64,000 nt of DNA from the NCBI GenBank assembly GCA_002104945.1, contig MCFH01000003.1:682001-746000 (forward strand), in the 5' to 3' direction. The position numbers and the translations under genes are program-made. Source of the stretch: Piromyces finnis finn (Eukaryota; Fungi; Neocallimastigomycota). The notes under the pieces are model-generated. The model made no database searches. It was not told the DNA's origin and was given only the letters and a program-made list of their open reading frames with translations. Shown here piece after piece: positions 1-11,025 of this stretch (the stretch's first letter is position 1; each line of letters begins with the position of its first letter).

Positions 1-96
1 AATAAAAAAAAAAAATAAGAAAAATAAATAAGGGTGAAATATATAAAAGGAATTTGTTTTTATTTTTCTTTAAATAGATATATATATATAAATAAT

Positions 97-3000
97 ATGT
101 TGAGGCAACCATTACAACAAAATGTAGTTTTTAATATTCAACCACCACAACTACAAGAGCAACCAATTCAACCACAAATAAATATTAGTCGAGAACAAGA
201 AACACCCGAAATTATACAAAATAAATTAGATAGTATACTGGAACAGTCACCTAATTCTATACGAAAATATTTGAAAAAACGAAATATTGATTTGGCTACA
301 ATAAATTTAAATAGAAATCCTTTAATAAAAGGGATACAGGAAGAGTATCCTATAGAGAAATTACATTCACTTTTGAAAAACTTTTCATCATTTAAAAATA
401 AAAAGCAGATAACAAAAACAGACATTGAAATAATAAAGTACGAAATTGAATTAAATAAAAAAATAAATTGTATACTAAGTACAAATCAACTAGAAGACTT
501 GAAACAATTTTTAGAAAAAGAAAGTATAAATTTAAATTTTTTTAGAAATGATAATAATCCATTAATTTATGCTATTAAAAATGGAATTTCATTTAAACTC
601 ATTGACTATCTTTTACAACATAATGTAAATATAAATTTTCATTTATGGAATGGAAGTACTCCACTAACAGAAGCTGCTATTACTAATAACAAAAAAGTTT
701 TTAATTTATTGTTAAAAAAGGGTGCAAATGTAAATCATTTAAATTACGCAAAGGAAACACCACTAATATATCTTGTAAAACAAGGTGCCCTCACAAAATA
801 TTATCTTTCTAAATTTTTAGAATATAACATTAATATAGACCATAGGGATAAAAATTATAATGCTGTACTTATGTACCTTACTAAATATAAAAAGGAAGGA
901 TTAATGAAAGAATTACTTTATAAAATTGTTTTTAAAAATGCTCTTATCATTAGCCTCATTCAATTAGGTAAAAATAATATCAACATTAGTAATGAACAAT
1001 TAATAAATTTGATAGAGAATGGTCATTCTAGTTTTGATATTGATATTGTTGATGATAATCTCAACACTCCCTTAATGTTTGCATGTCAAGAAGGACACTA
1101 TAATATTGCGGATATTCTCATTCGTTTTAAAGCAGATGTTAATCGGGATAATATTGTTAATAATCGTCCGTTATTTTTTGCTTGTTCAAATAATAATTAT
1201 CAAATGGCAAAGCTTTTATTAGACACTTCCAAGGTGCAAATGAATCATAGAAATAAAAATGGAGATACAGAATTAGCGGTTGCTAGTGTAAATGATAATC
1301 CTCAATTAATAGAATTATTAATTGAACATCAATCGGATGTAAACTATATGAACAATAAAGGTCATTATCCTATTCATATTGCAACAATAAATAATAAATT
1401 AAACACCTTAAAAACGTTGTATCAACACGGTTCAGATATTCATTCTGACAATATTATTGGTAATCAATGCTTTGCTTTAGCATGTATTAATAGTTATGTG
1501 GAAATAATGGATTATTTATTAACTCTTAATGCTGATTATAATCATACAAATTATAATGGTGATAGTGCACTTCACCAATGCTGTATTCTACAAAAACAAG
1601 ATATGATTAATTATATTTTAGCTTTAGAAAATGTTAATATTGATATTCCAAATAGTTTTGGTTTTACCCCTTTCCTTATTGCCTGCAAAAAGAATAATCT
1701 TGATATGATAAAATCTTTTTTAAATCATAAAAAAGTGTCAGAAATAAATATAGATATTAAGAGTAACAGTGGTGATTTTCCCCTTTTTTATGCCACACAT
1801 TATAAGAATCTAGAATTAATTGAGATTTTATTAGAACAAAATGCAGATATGTATAATGAAAAAGATACAGATAAGTTAAATTGTTATACATCCTTTTTTA
1901 TGGCTTGTTCCTATTTTGGTAGTGTTGAAGTGCTTCAACTCTTTTTAGATCATGGTGTAGATGTTAATCGTGCAAATTCAGTTGGTCTTTATCCTCTTGG
2001 TATAGCTTGTAAATCAGAAAATATTGAACATGTAAAATTATTATTAGAACATGGTGCTAATCCTAATGTTCGCTATAAATCATCTACACCATTAGTTCAT
2101 ACATGTATTGATAACAATTTTGATATTGCTAAAGAGTTAATTGCTTATGGTGCTGATATTAATCTTGAAACTAGTGAAGGTATTCATCCTTTATTATTTT
2201 TAATGAATGAATGCTTTAAAAATAATAATGCATTTATCCAATACTTGATTGATCATGATGCTGATTTGTATTGTAAAGACAACTATGGTAATTCACTTTT
2301 ATATGTTCTTAAGAATTCAAATAAAGTAGATAAGGAAGAAGTGTATGATACCCTTGTTTCAGCTTATAAACGTCGAAATGATTTTCGTGATCGTTGTCTT
2401 GATACCACTTCATTTATTGAAACTTTTGATATTTATAAAAAAGTCATATACCTTTTAAAACAAGAAAAAGAACAAGGAAAAGAAATAATGGTTTTAAAAG
2501 AAGCAATAAAAGAAAAAGAAAATAATGCCTGTTCCACTATCCATGAAGTTCATGATATCTTTTCTAATCAAAATATAGAAATAGATACTGATACATTATC
2601 ATCAACTCAAACTAATGAAAATAGTAATGATACAGATTGTATCATTATAGATTCCCCAAGTGTTAATGAAGAATGGGCTAATAAAGAAATACATTATGTT
2701 ACACAAGAAGAGATAGACCGTGCCTTTTTGCAAGCCGTCATTTTTGGTAAAATTGAAGAGGTACAAAATCTTTTGGATCGTTTTCCTTCTATTAATGTTG
2801 ATGTTCGTGAAACCAATGGTGATACTCCATTAATTATTGCATGTCAAACTGGTGTATCAGAAATTGCACAACTTCTTCTTCGTTATCATGCTGATCCTAA
2901 TTTAATATGTGAATGTGGTAATACTGCTCTTTATGTTGCTACTTTTTCTTATAGTCGTCATCATAGTCTTGAATTAATTCAATCCTTATTAGATTATGGT

Positions 3001-4695
3001 GCTAATCCAAATATTCTTTCTCAATATTGCTTAACACCATTAATGGTTGCGTGTAAAGATCAATTAACAGAAGTTGCTAAAATACTTTTAAATAATAAAG
3101 CTGATCCAAATATGCAAGATAATAGTGGTAATTCTGCAATTTCATTTTCATGTAATTGTAATGACATTGATAATATATCAAAATTATTAAATACAGAAAG
3201 TACTAATATCAATATTACCACCAAAAATAAATATACTCCTCTAATGATTACTTGTAATAAACGATCTATTTATACTGCTAGAGAATTACTAAAATACGAT
3301 CCAAATATTTATATTAAAAATAGTTATGGTCAAACCGCCGTTCATTTATCTTGTTCTCATTATATTAATGATATTTTTAATGATCTTTCAAATCATCCAA
3401 AAAAAATTGATTTATTAATGAAGGATAATTATGGTTTTTCACCCTATGAAATAATGAAATTGAACGGTTCAGTAAGCTTTTTCGAATTATTAATTAATTA
3501 TGAAATAGATTATTTGAAAACTGTTATTGAATGTTACCAATGTTCTAGTAAGGAGGAATTACCAGAATCTTCTGAAAATTATTTAGGTGATGCATATGAT
3601 ACGTTTGATCCAAGTCAACCTTCTCATGCTGAAACATTAGCATCTCTCCAAAAGAAATGGGATTACATACAGGAAGAGAAGCGAAACTTGGAATGGTATC
3701 AGTCATTTAAACGATCCTACATTAAAAATAATTTAAATTTAGATTGGTGGGAACTTTCTCAAGAGGAATTAGATCGCCTTGTTATATATTCTTGTTTATT
3801 CCTTGATGTAAAAATAATATATCAGTTGGTTTCTTTATGCCAACTTGCTCAAGAAAGCAAATTAAATATTCAAATTAATATTAATGCTAAGGATCAAGAT
3901 GGTAATACAGCATTACACTACATTTGTAGTAATGAACGTTATCATCGAGATATCATTATTACTTTAGAAAAATTATTGTTAGATCAACCTAGTATAGATA
4001 AAAATGTTCAAAACAATAATGGATACACTCCATTAATGTTGGCTTGTTATCATTCCAATGAAAGTATTGCAAGAATTCTTCTTGATTATGGTGTCGATGT
4101 TAATTTAAAAACTTATCAACAAAATCAAACAGCATTAATGTTTGCTTGTAATTCACGAAGTGTATACATTGCAAGAAAAATTATTGAACATCATGCGGAA
4201 GTTGATGTTCAAGATCATATCGATGGAAATACAGCCTTAACCATTGTATCGAAATTTTCACAAAGTTATAATCTATTAACATTATTGGTAGAAAAAGGTG
4301 GTGCCAATGTTAATATTGCAACTAAAAAAGGTGAAACAGCATTGCTTCTTGCATGCCAAGCAAATAATATTGAACATGTTAAATTATTGGTAGAACATGG
4401 TGCTGAAATCAATGTTAAAGCTAATATTCCAGACCCATATCAAACTCCGTTATTGGCTGTTATTAGTAACTTTAACCATTATCTAATAAAATATTTAATT
4501 GATCATGGTGCAGATATTAACTCTACCAATGATAGAGGTGAAACCCCATTAATAGTATCATGTCATTTATACAATAAGTATGGTTCAGAATTATTGATAA
4601 AAGAACATGCTGATATTACTATACATGATAATCAAGGTGAAACAGCTAAATCTATTATTGACAAAAATCAATTCAATTATATCCTTGGACTTTAA
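97..4695 (+). CDS. Giant intronless ankyrin-repeat protein (~1,530 aa) with three ankyrin blocks separated by non-repeat spacers
   Basis: Uninterrupted ORF 34..4695; likely ATG at 97. Dozens of G-x-T-P/A-L-x-x-A-C ... L-L-x-x-G-A-D/N-V-N repeats (e.g. GSTPLTEAA, GDTPLIIAC, GYTPLMLAC). Confidence 0.93.
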   Translation: MLRQPLQQNVVFNIQPPQLQEQPIQPQINISREQETPEIIQNKLDSILEQSPNSIRKYLKKRNIDLATINLNRNPLIKGIQEEYPIEKLHSLLKNFSSFKNKKQITKTDIEIIKYEIELNKKINCILSTNQLEDLKQFLEKESINLNFFRNDNNPLIYAIKNGISFKLIDYLLQHNVNINFHLWNGSTPLTEAAITNNKKVFNLLLKKGANVNHLNYAKETPLIYLVKQGALTKYYLSKFLEYNINIDHRDKNYNAVLMYLTKYKKEGLMKELLYKIVFKNALIISLIQLGKNNINISNEQLINLIENGHSSFDIDIVDDNLNTPLMFACQEGHYNIADILIRFKADVNRDNIVNNRPLFFACSNNNYQMAKLLLDTSKVQMNHRNKNGDTELAVASVNDNPQLIELLIEHQSDVNYMNNKGHYPIHIATINNKLNTLKTLYQHGSDIHSDNIIGNQCFALACINSYVEIMDYLLTLNADYNHTNYNGDSALHQCCILQKQDMINYILALENVNIDIPNSFGFTPFLIACKKNNLDMIKSFLNHKKVSEINIDIKSNSGDFPLFYATHYKNLELIEILLEQNADMYNEKDTDKLNCYTSFFMACSYFGSVEVLQLFLDHGVDVNRANSVGLYPLGIACKSENIEHVKLLLEHGANPNVRYKSSTPLVHTCIDNNFDIAKELIAYGADINLETSEGIHPLLFLMNECFKNNNAFIQYLIDHDADLYCKDNYGNSLLYVLKNSNKVDKEEVYDTLVSAYKRRNDFRDRCLDTTSFIETFDIYKKVIYLLKQEKEQGKEIMVLKEAIKEKENNACSTIHEVHDIFSNQNIEIDTDTLSSTQTNENSNDTDCIIIDSPSVNEEWANKEIHYVTQEEIDRAFLQAVIFGKIEEVQNLLDRFPSINVDVRETNGDTPLIIACQTGVSEIAQLLLRYHADPNLICECGNTALYVATFSYSRHHSLELIQSLLDYGANPNILSQYCLTPLMVACKDQLTEVAKILLNNKADPNMQDNSGNSAISFSCNCNDIDNISKLLNTESTNINITTKNKYTPLMITCNKRSIYTARELLKYDPNIYIKNSYGQTAVHLSCSHYINDIFNDLSNHPKKIDLLMKDNYGFSPYEIMKLNGSVSFFELLINYEIDYLKTVIECYQCSSKEELPESSENYLGDAYDTFDPSQPSHAETLASLQKKWDYIQEEKRNLEWYQSFKRSYIKNNLNLDWWELSQEELDRLVIYSCLFLDVKIIYQLVSLCQLAQESKLNIQININAKDQDGNTALHYICSNERYHRDIIITLEKLLLDQPSIDKNVQNNNGYTPLMLACYHSNESIARILLDYGVDVNLKTYQQNQTALMFACNSRSVYIARKIIEHHAEVDVQDHIDGNTALTIVSKFSQSYNLLTLLVEKGGANVNIATKKGETALLLACQANNIEHVKLLVEHGAEINVKANIPDPYQTPLLAVISNFNHYLIKYLIDHGADINSTNDRGETPLIVSCHLYNKYGSELLIKEHADITIHDNQGETAKSIIDKNQFNYILGL

Positions 4696-5573
4696 TAAAT
4701 TTAAAAATTATATATGTATAAGGATTAAGGATACTATTAGGTTACACTACCTACTTCTAATAAAAAAAAATAATAAAACAAAAATAAAATTTCGAAGTAA
4801 AATTTTAAGATATGCATACCAATAAATAAATAATAAATAATAATTAAAAAATAATAAATAAAATAAGAAAAAAAAAATAAAAAATAAATACAAATAAATT
4901 TTATTTATTTAAAATCTTAATTTCAAAAAGTAACATTGGTAAATTATTAAGTCAGTGATTATTTGGGTTACTTTTTGAAAATTATTATTATTACTATTAT
5001 TTTTTTTTAAAGAAATTATAGTTTTCATAATAAATCTTCTAAGGTTTTTTTTTTTTTTTTTTTTTTTAATAATTTTAAATATTTGTATATAAAGACCTTT
5101 ATTAAGATTTTGTTTTTCTATTCACATAATTATGGAAAAAATATAAAAAATGTATTTAATATAAAAAACTTAAAAATTAGATTGTTGGATATGTATATAG
5201 ATAAAAGAAAATGTAGCTTCAAGTGTAAGAATTTTTTAGATTTTTATTTTTATTTTTCGTTCTTCTTTCACTCTATTTTTTTTTTTTTTTTTAATTTTAA
5301 TTTTATTTTTTTTTTTTATTTTATTAAATTTCTTTCTTTTTTTTTATTATTGTTAGGAATAAAATTTTTTTCTATTCCTTTTATTTGTTTTCTATTCTTT
5401 ACATATTTAAAAAAAGTTAAATTTCTTTTGTTATCATAGAATAAAAATATATATCCATTTTCTATTTTAAGCGATAAAATTATTGTTGGTTATTTTATCT
5501 ATAACATTTTCATTAGTTCACTCTTGTTCATATAGAAATAATTTGATAATTATAAATTGTGTTATCATTTAGT

Positions 5574-6128
5574 TTAGGCAGCAAGTGGACTGATAAGTCT
5601 TAATAAAGAAGGTTTTGGGTTAGAGTTCTTGTAACCTATTTTTTTTTATAAAAATATTTTTATATTTTAGTTATAAATTACGTTTAATTTGAATATTAAC
5701 ATTTTTAAATGCAAATAATTAAAATGTGTAAATGAATTAATAAAAATAAACATTTTAACATTCAACAATATTATGTGTGAAAACAATTACAAGTTATTAT
5801 AGAAATTTTATTAAAAATTGACTAAGCTAAATTAAAAGGTATAAATTTTACTATTTTGTGATAATTAGTATTTTATTTCATTTTATTAACGTTGATTTAC
5901 TGTTTTATACTATAAAATACTTAAAAAATCAAATTTTGATAATTCTCGAAAAACGCTTTTAAATTTTGGTTCAACTGAAGATTTTCAATATTACTATAAT
6001 ATTTAATTATTTTTTCTATTTTATATAAAAGTACCTAAGTAAATAATTAAAGGAATGAAGCCAATGTGGATAGCTTTTCTACCGAAATCAGCGTATTTAA
6101 TGAGTTTTTCCTTAGTTTCTTCATTCAT
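5574..6128 (-). CDS. TOM7: Tom7, small subunit of the TOM outer-membrane translocase (51 aa, 2 exons: 6128-6035, 5635-5574)
   Basis: Spliced translation MNEETKEKLIKYADFGRKAIHIGFIPLIIYLGYKNSNPKPSLLRLISPLAA*. Matches the Tom7 pattern (E-x-K-E ... H-x-G-F/W-I-P-x-x-x-Y-L-G ... P-S/N ... L-x-S-P-L). GT-AG intron 6034-5636; exon lengths sum to 156 nt. Confidence 0.92.
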
Positions 6129-6842
6129 CTTGGATTTAACAAAATTATTTAGTTAATATTCACTATTTTTGTGTGTAGTAAAAAAAAAATTTTTTTCCTT
6201 AGTTTTTAAAAAAGTAAAGATTAATTATAAAATTACATTATATTCAAAATATGATTGGTTAAAAATTATATGTATTGTACGATATATAAATGTTTTCCCA
6301 TTTTGTTTTACATATAAAAAATTATGTTAAAAAATAGATTAAAGAATTCTGTATTTTTAATTAAAGTTAAAAAAGTAGACTTTTTTTTTTTTTTAATTAT
6401 TATATTATGTAAGTATTTTTATTTAACCATAGTAGAAACTTTTACTATTTTTTTTACTCCTTATTATAAAATTTAATTTAAAGATATTCACAAAAAAAAA
6501 GAAAAACTTTATTTTTTTTAATTTTTTTTATTAATACTTTTTTATGGTTATAAATAATTAAAGCGTGGTATTATTCTATATGTATGAAAAATATTTATCA
6601 AAATTTTTATATATACATTTATCTATTTATATATATGCTTTTCCTTTTTTTTTTTTATTTTTTATTTTTCCAGTTAACATGATTATAGACGATAATTAAA
6701 GTTAACTTTATAAATGAAATAAAAAAAGTTTATATAAATATATATTAATGATAAAAAAAAGTTAATTATCTTTTAGCATCATTTTATTACTAATTACTTT
6801 AGTAGAAAAAAAAAAATTTAATATTTTATTATTATTTATATT

Positions 6843-8954
6843 TTACCTTGGAACATCTCTTAATATATCTAATGGGTAAATAGGTCCACCACGAGCAACA
6901 TATGGGAACCAAATAGCAGGTTCAGAAGATCTTAGTTTAATATGATGAAGTTGATGAAGTGAAACCCAACATGCACCATTACTTTCATAATCTGGTATTG
7001 TTTTTGGCTTTTGATCAGGACGTTGTGGCTAATTATGAATATAGTTTGTTGTTTTAAACAATACAATAAATAAATTAGAATATTTATATATATATCGTAT
7101 CATAAAATTGGAAATAAAAAATAATTACAATTGCAAAGAATATAACACGGAATTTAGCAGAACCTCTTTCATTTGGGAAAAATTCGACTTTTAGAACACC
7201 TTGCAAATTAATACAAATACCTGTTTCTTCAATTGTTTTTCGTGTAATAGCTTCATGTAAAGTTTCTCCGGGATCTACTCTACCACCCGGTAACCACCAT
7301 CCCCATCCACCAACTTTTTTTATTTTAATTTATTATTTTTTTTTTTAATTATTTTTTTTGAAATATAAAGAAATTTATTGATTTTAATTATAGATTATAT
7401 AAATTTTAATTTATTCTTTTTTTTATTATTATAAATTGTATTTATAATACATACCTTCATCGACCATTAAAAATTTACCATCTTGTTCTCGACGACATAC
7501 TACCAAAGCAAAAAGTTTTATAGTAGCACTTTGTCGTCTTTGTAATTTATTGGTCATTGTTTCTTTTACTTCTGGATTAGGAAAGTGTGTGTATTGTAAA
7601 TGTTCAAAAAAGGATTTTTTGGTATCTTCAGATCGACAAATTGGACAAACAATGGCAGTATTATCATAACGAATATTATGACTATGAAATAGAGGGACAT
7701 GATACCAAAAGGCATATAAAGATAGTTTTGGGGTATTGCCTATTTCAAATATCGGTGATTATTTATTAATTAAATTTATTTTATATTGTCAGGAACTAAT
7801 AGCTATAAAAAGTACTTACAATATGGACACTTAAAGGTATCATTTTTAAAAATATTTTGTAACAAACCACCACCACCAGTAGTATGAATAAATTCGTAAA
7901 TTAATTGTAAGGCTTTAGTTACATCATTACAAGATTCTGTTACCATGTTAGCTCCAAGTCTAAGTTGATGATTAAGAATAATTTTTAAATTTAATATTAA
8001 AAGCAAAGATATTCCAGTAATATAGATTAATATTTAATAATAATATACTTTTTTTTTTTTTATTATTATTATTTTTCTTATCATTTTTAATTTTAATCCG
8101 TATTACAAAAGATTTTTTTTTTTTTTTTTTTTACCTTAGCCATTCATCTCTGATTACTGGGTTTCTGGAACCAATTGTACTAAATATTATTTTAAAAATA
8201 CGATTATCTTTTGAAGTTTCTTGTATCCAAAGTAATTCTTTTGCTTCGTTATTATCTGTATCTATTTGTGAAGTTCCAGCTTGGGAATTAATTTCATTAT
8301 CCTTTCCACCATAAGAGGATGAACTAACTACTGAAAAATTATCTTTTTTATTTATAGGAGTATTATGTACACCATTATTATTATACATATCATAATTATT
8401 TTTCGAATGTTGTTGATATAATTCTTCATTGATAGGTTGTTGCTCAATAGATAAATCTTCATATTGAGTTTTGATATATTTTGATTTTTTGTATTTTATA
8501 TTAGAAGCATCTAATTCTGTTAATATGATAATGGCTAAATTTCTTGTCCAAATACCTGGCGAAGGTAATGTTTTCGCAAAATTAACTTTAAAACCAATTT
8601 GTTCAAAAAGCTGAATTAATGTATATATAATATCTTGTTGACGTTGCATTATAGCTGAATTTCTTTTTTCACCATTATCTATTATATTTTGGTCATTCGA
8701 TAGACCGTTAATATTATCATTTGTGAAATTAGAGCAAATAATTAAAACAGAAGTAACAAAATTATTGCCTAAATTTTGAATATATATGAATAAGTAAAAA
8801 TTAAAATGAATAATGATTATAGAATAACGGCAATATATATAAGTTTATCTTATTTCGAAAAATAATTATTACCATTAACAGAAACTGAATCTGAAGAATG
8901 AACTACATTACGATTTGAACGATTTCCATTACGTGATGATATTTGCCTGCTCAT
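6843..8954 (-). CDS. Nudix hydrolase with N-terminal receiver-like region and two Di19-like C2H2 zinc fingers (503 aa, 6 exons)
   Basis: Exons 8954-8873, 8768-8135, 7959-7820, 7739-7455, 7313-7129, 7028-6843 join in frame (1,512 nt) via GT-AG introns. Contains CPYC-x12-H-x4-H, CPIC-x11-H-x4-H, Nudix box GGRVDPGETLHEAITRKTIEETGI and C-terminal PDYESNGACWV...EPAIWFPYV. Confidence 0.85.
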
Positions 8955-10189
8955 TTAATCTAATGCTTATTGTATATAATAGTAAATAACTAGGTATATA
9001 TTTAAATAAGGTTCTAATTAAAGATTATTATTATTATTTTCTTTTTTTCTTAAAAAGCTATGAATTCAATTTTATGGAAGCTTAAATATTAATAAACAAT
9101 AAATTTGGAATTTTATAATATATTATTTGAATATGTGTTGCTTTAATAATTACTATGATAAAGTATTAATATTTGATTTTAAAATACTTCTTAAATTTAA
9201 AGCATGTAATAATTTGAATGTTTGAAGAAGAAATATTTATGAAATTAATCTATAATTTTAAAGTGTTAATTTAATATTATAAATAGGTAAATAGGTTTGC
9301 TTATTTCTTAATTAAGAATAAGCATTTAATTTAATTGTATAATAATTTTGAGATTCTTGAATTTGTTAATATTTTCATTTTAAACAATAACTTAAAATTT
9401 TTATGTATTTTTCGAATTTAAATAATTAATAATATACTTTTTTATATAATATTTAATGTAAAAAAAAGAACAAATAAAGTATTTTCTTATTTCTTATTCT
9501 TCTTCCTTTTCTTCTTTCTTTCTTTCTTCCCTTTTTTTTTTTTTTTTTCTTACTTTTAAAAAAGTTATTTTCATTTATAAAATTATTATTTTTTAATATA
9601 TATTTTAATTATATTTATATTTAAAAAAATTTAATAATTTTAATAATAATAAAAATCAAAAAAGTTTAAATTTTCCATTGATTAATGAGTGAATTTTTTT
9701 ATATTAAAATTTTAAATATTAATATATTCTTTTCAATAAGAATAAAAAACTAGCTAGGTTCATTAAGATATTTTATAATAACACTTAATTATAAAATAAT
9801 GTAAAAGTGGTATTATCATAAAAATAAAAGATATAAACATCAAAATGAACTTTCTTTATTTATTATAAGAGGTATATGTGTAGTTATAATCTTTAAATTT
9901 TTTTTTATAATTTTAATTAATAAATTTAACTGAAAACCTAATCCATAGTTAATTAAAAAGTGGTTTCAAATTTTTTAATCGAAAAATATTCGTTTATCTG
10001 TGTTACCTATTTTGAAGAAGAATATAACAATTCATCATAAAAAAGAAATTCTTATATTTAAAATTTTCCTTTATTTTTACTAATATTCTACAATAAAATA
10101 AAAGATAAATAATATTTATTTTTGTATTTATAATAATATGTTAATACAAATTGTTTAAAGAAAGAAATAAGAAATAGTTATTAATAACA

Positions 10190-10991
10190 ATGAACACGGA
10201 TGAATTGTTTAATGTTTTTACAGAAGACGAAAATATATCTTCAAGTGATATTTTATTAAATGCAGATACCTTAATAAAAAATAGTGAAATTATTAAAAAA
10301 AAGAGAATTACAGAAAATGAAGTTTCAAGTGAAAGTCCAAATGAATCAGAAGCACAACAACCAAAAAAACGTAAAACAAATGAAATTCCAATTAATTCTG
10401 AAGAGGAGAATGACTCAAAAGAAAATGAAAATGATTTACAATTAACAGATTTCTTTGTTGAAATGGATGAGGATAATGAAAAGAAACATTCCAGTCATTC
10501 AGTATGCATTTTTATTAACCAAATATATATATTAATGTTTATTAAGAAAATTGCTTCATAATAATTAAAATATTTTTTTAATTATTATTATTAATAATAA
10601 AAAATTCAACATAATTAATATTTTAATACCAATTATATTTAGGTTAGACATGAAGTTATTATTCCAAAATTATATAATTATAAATCAATAAAAGGCGAGA
10701 AATTACCAGAAAAACCAGCTAAAGAGTATGAATTTAAATTAGATCTTTTCCAAAAGTATACTATCAATTGTATTGAGAGAAATGAATCAGCATTAGTTAG
10801 TGCTCATACAAGTGCAGGAAAAACAGTAGTTGCAGAATATGCTATTGCAAAAGCTCTTCAAAATAAACAAAGAGTTATATATACTAGTCCAATAAAGGTA
10901 TTTTTTAAATGATACGAATATTTGTTGTTTTTAAATTGAAATTTTCAGATTTCAGAATTAAAATTTTAATTAGAAATTTTTAAATTAAAAA

Positions 10992-11025
<34 letters not shown>

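Noticed and set aside
168-425. Minus-strand 85-aa ORF
   Set aside because: Antisense shadow of the ankyrin gene.
5083-5439. 118-aa Phe-rich ORF
   Set aside because: Produced by poly-T tracts, non-ATG start; lies downstream of TOM7.
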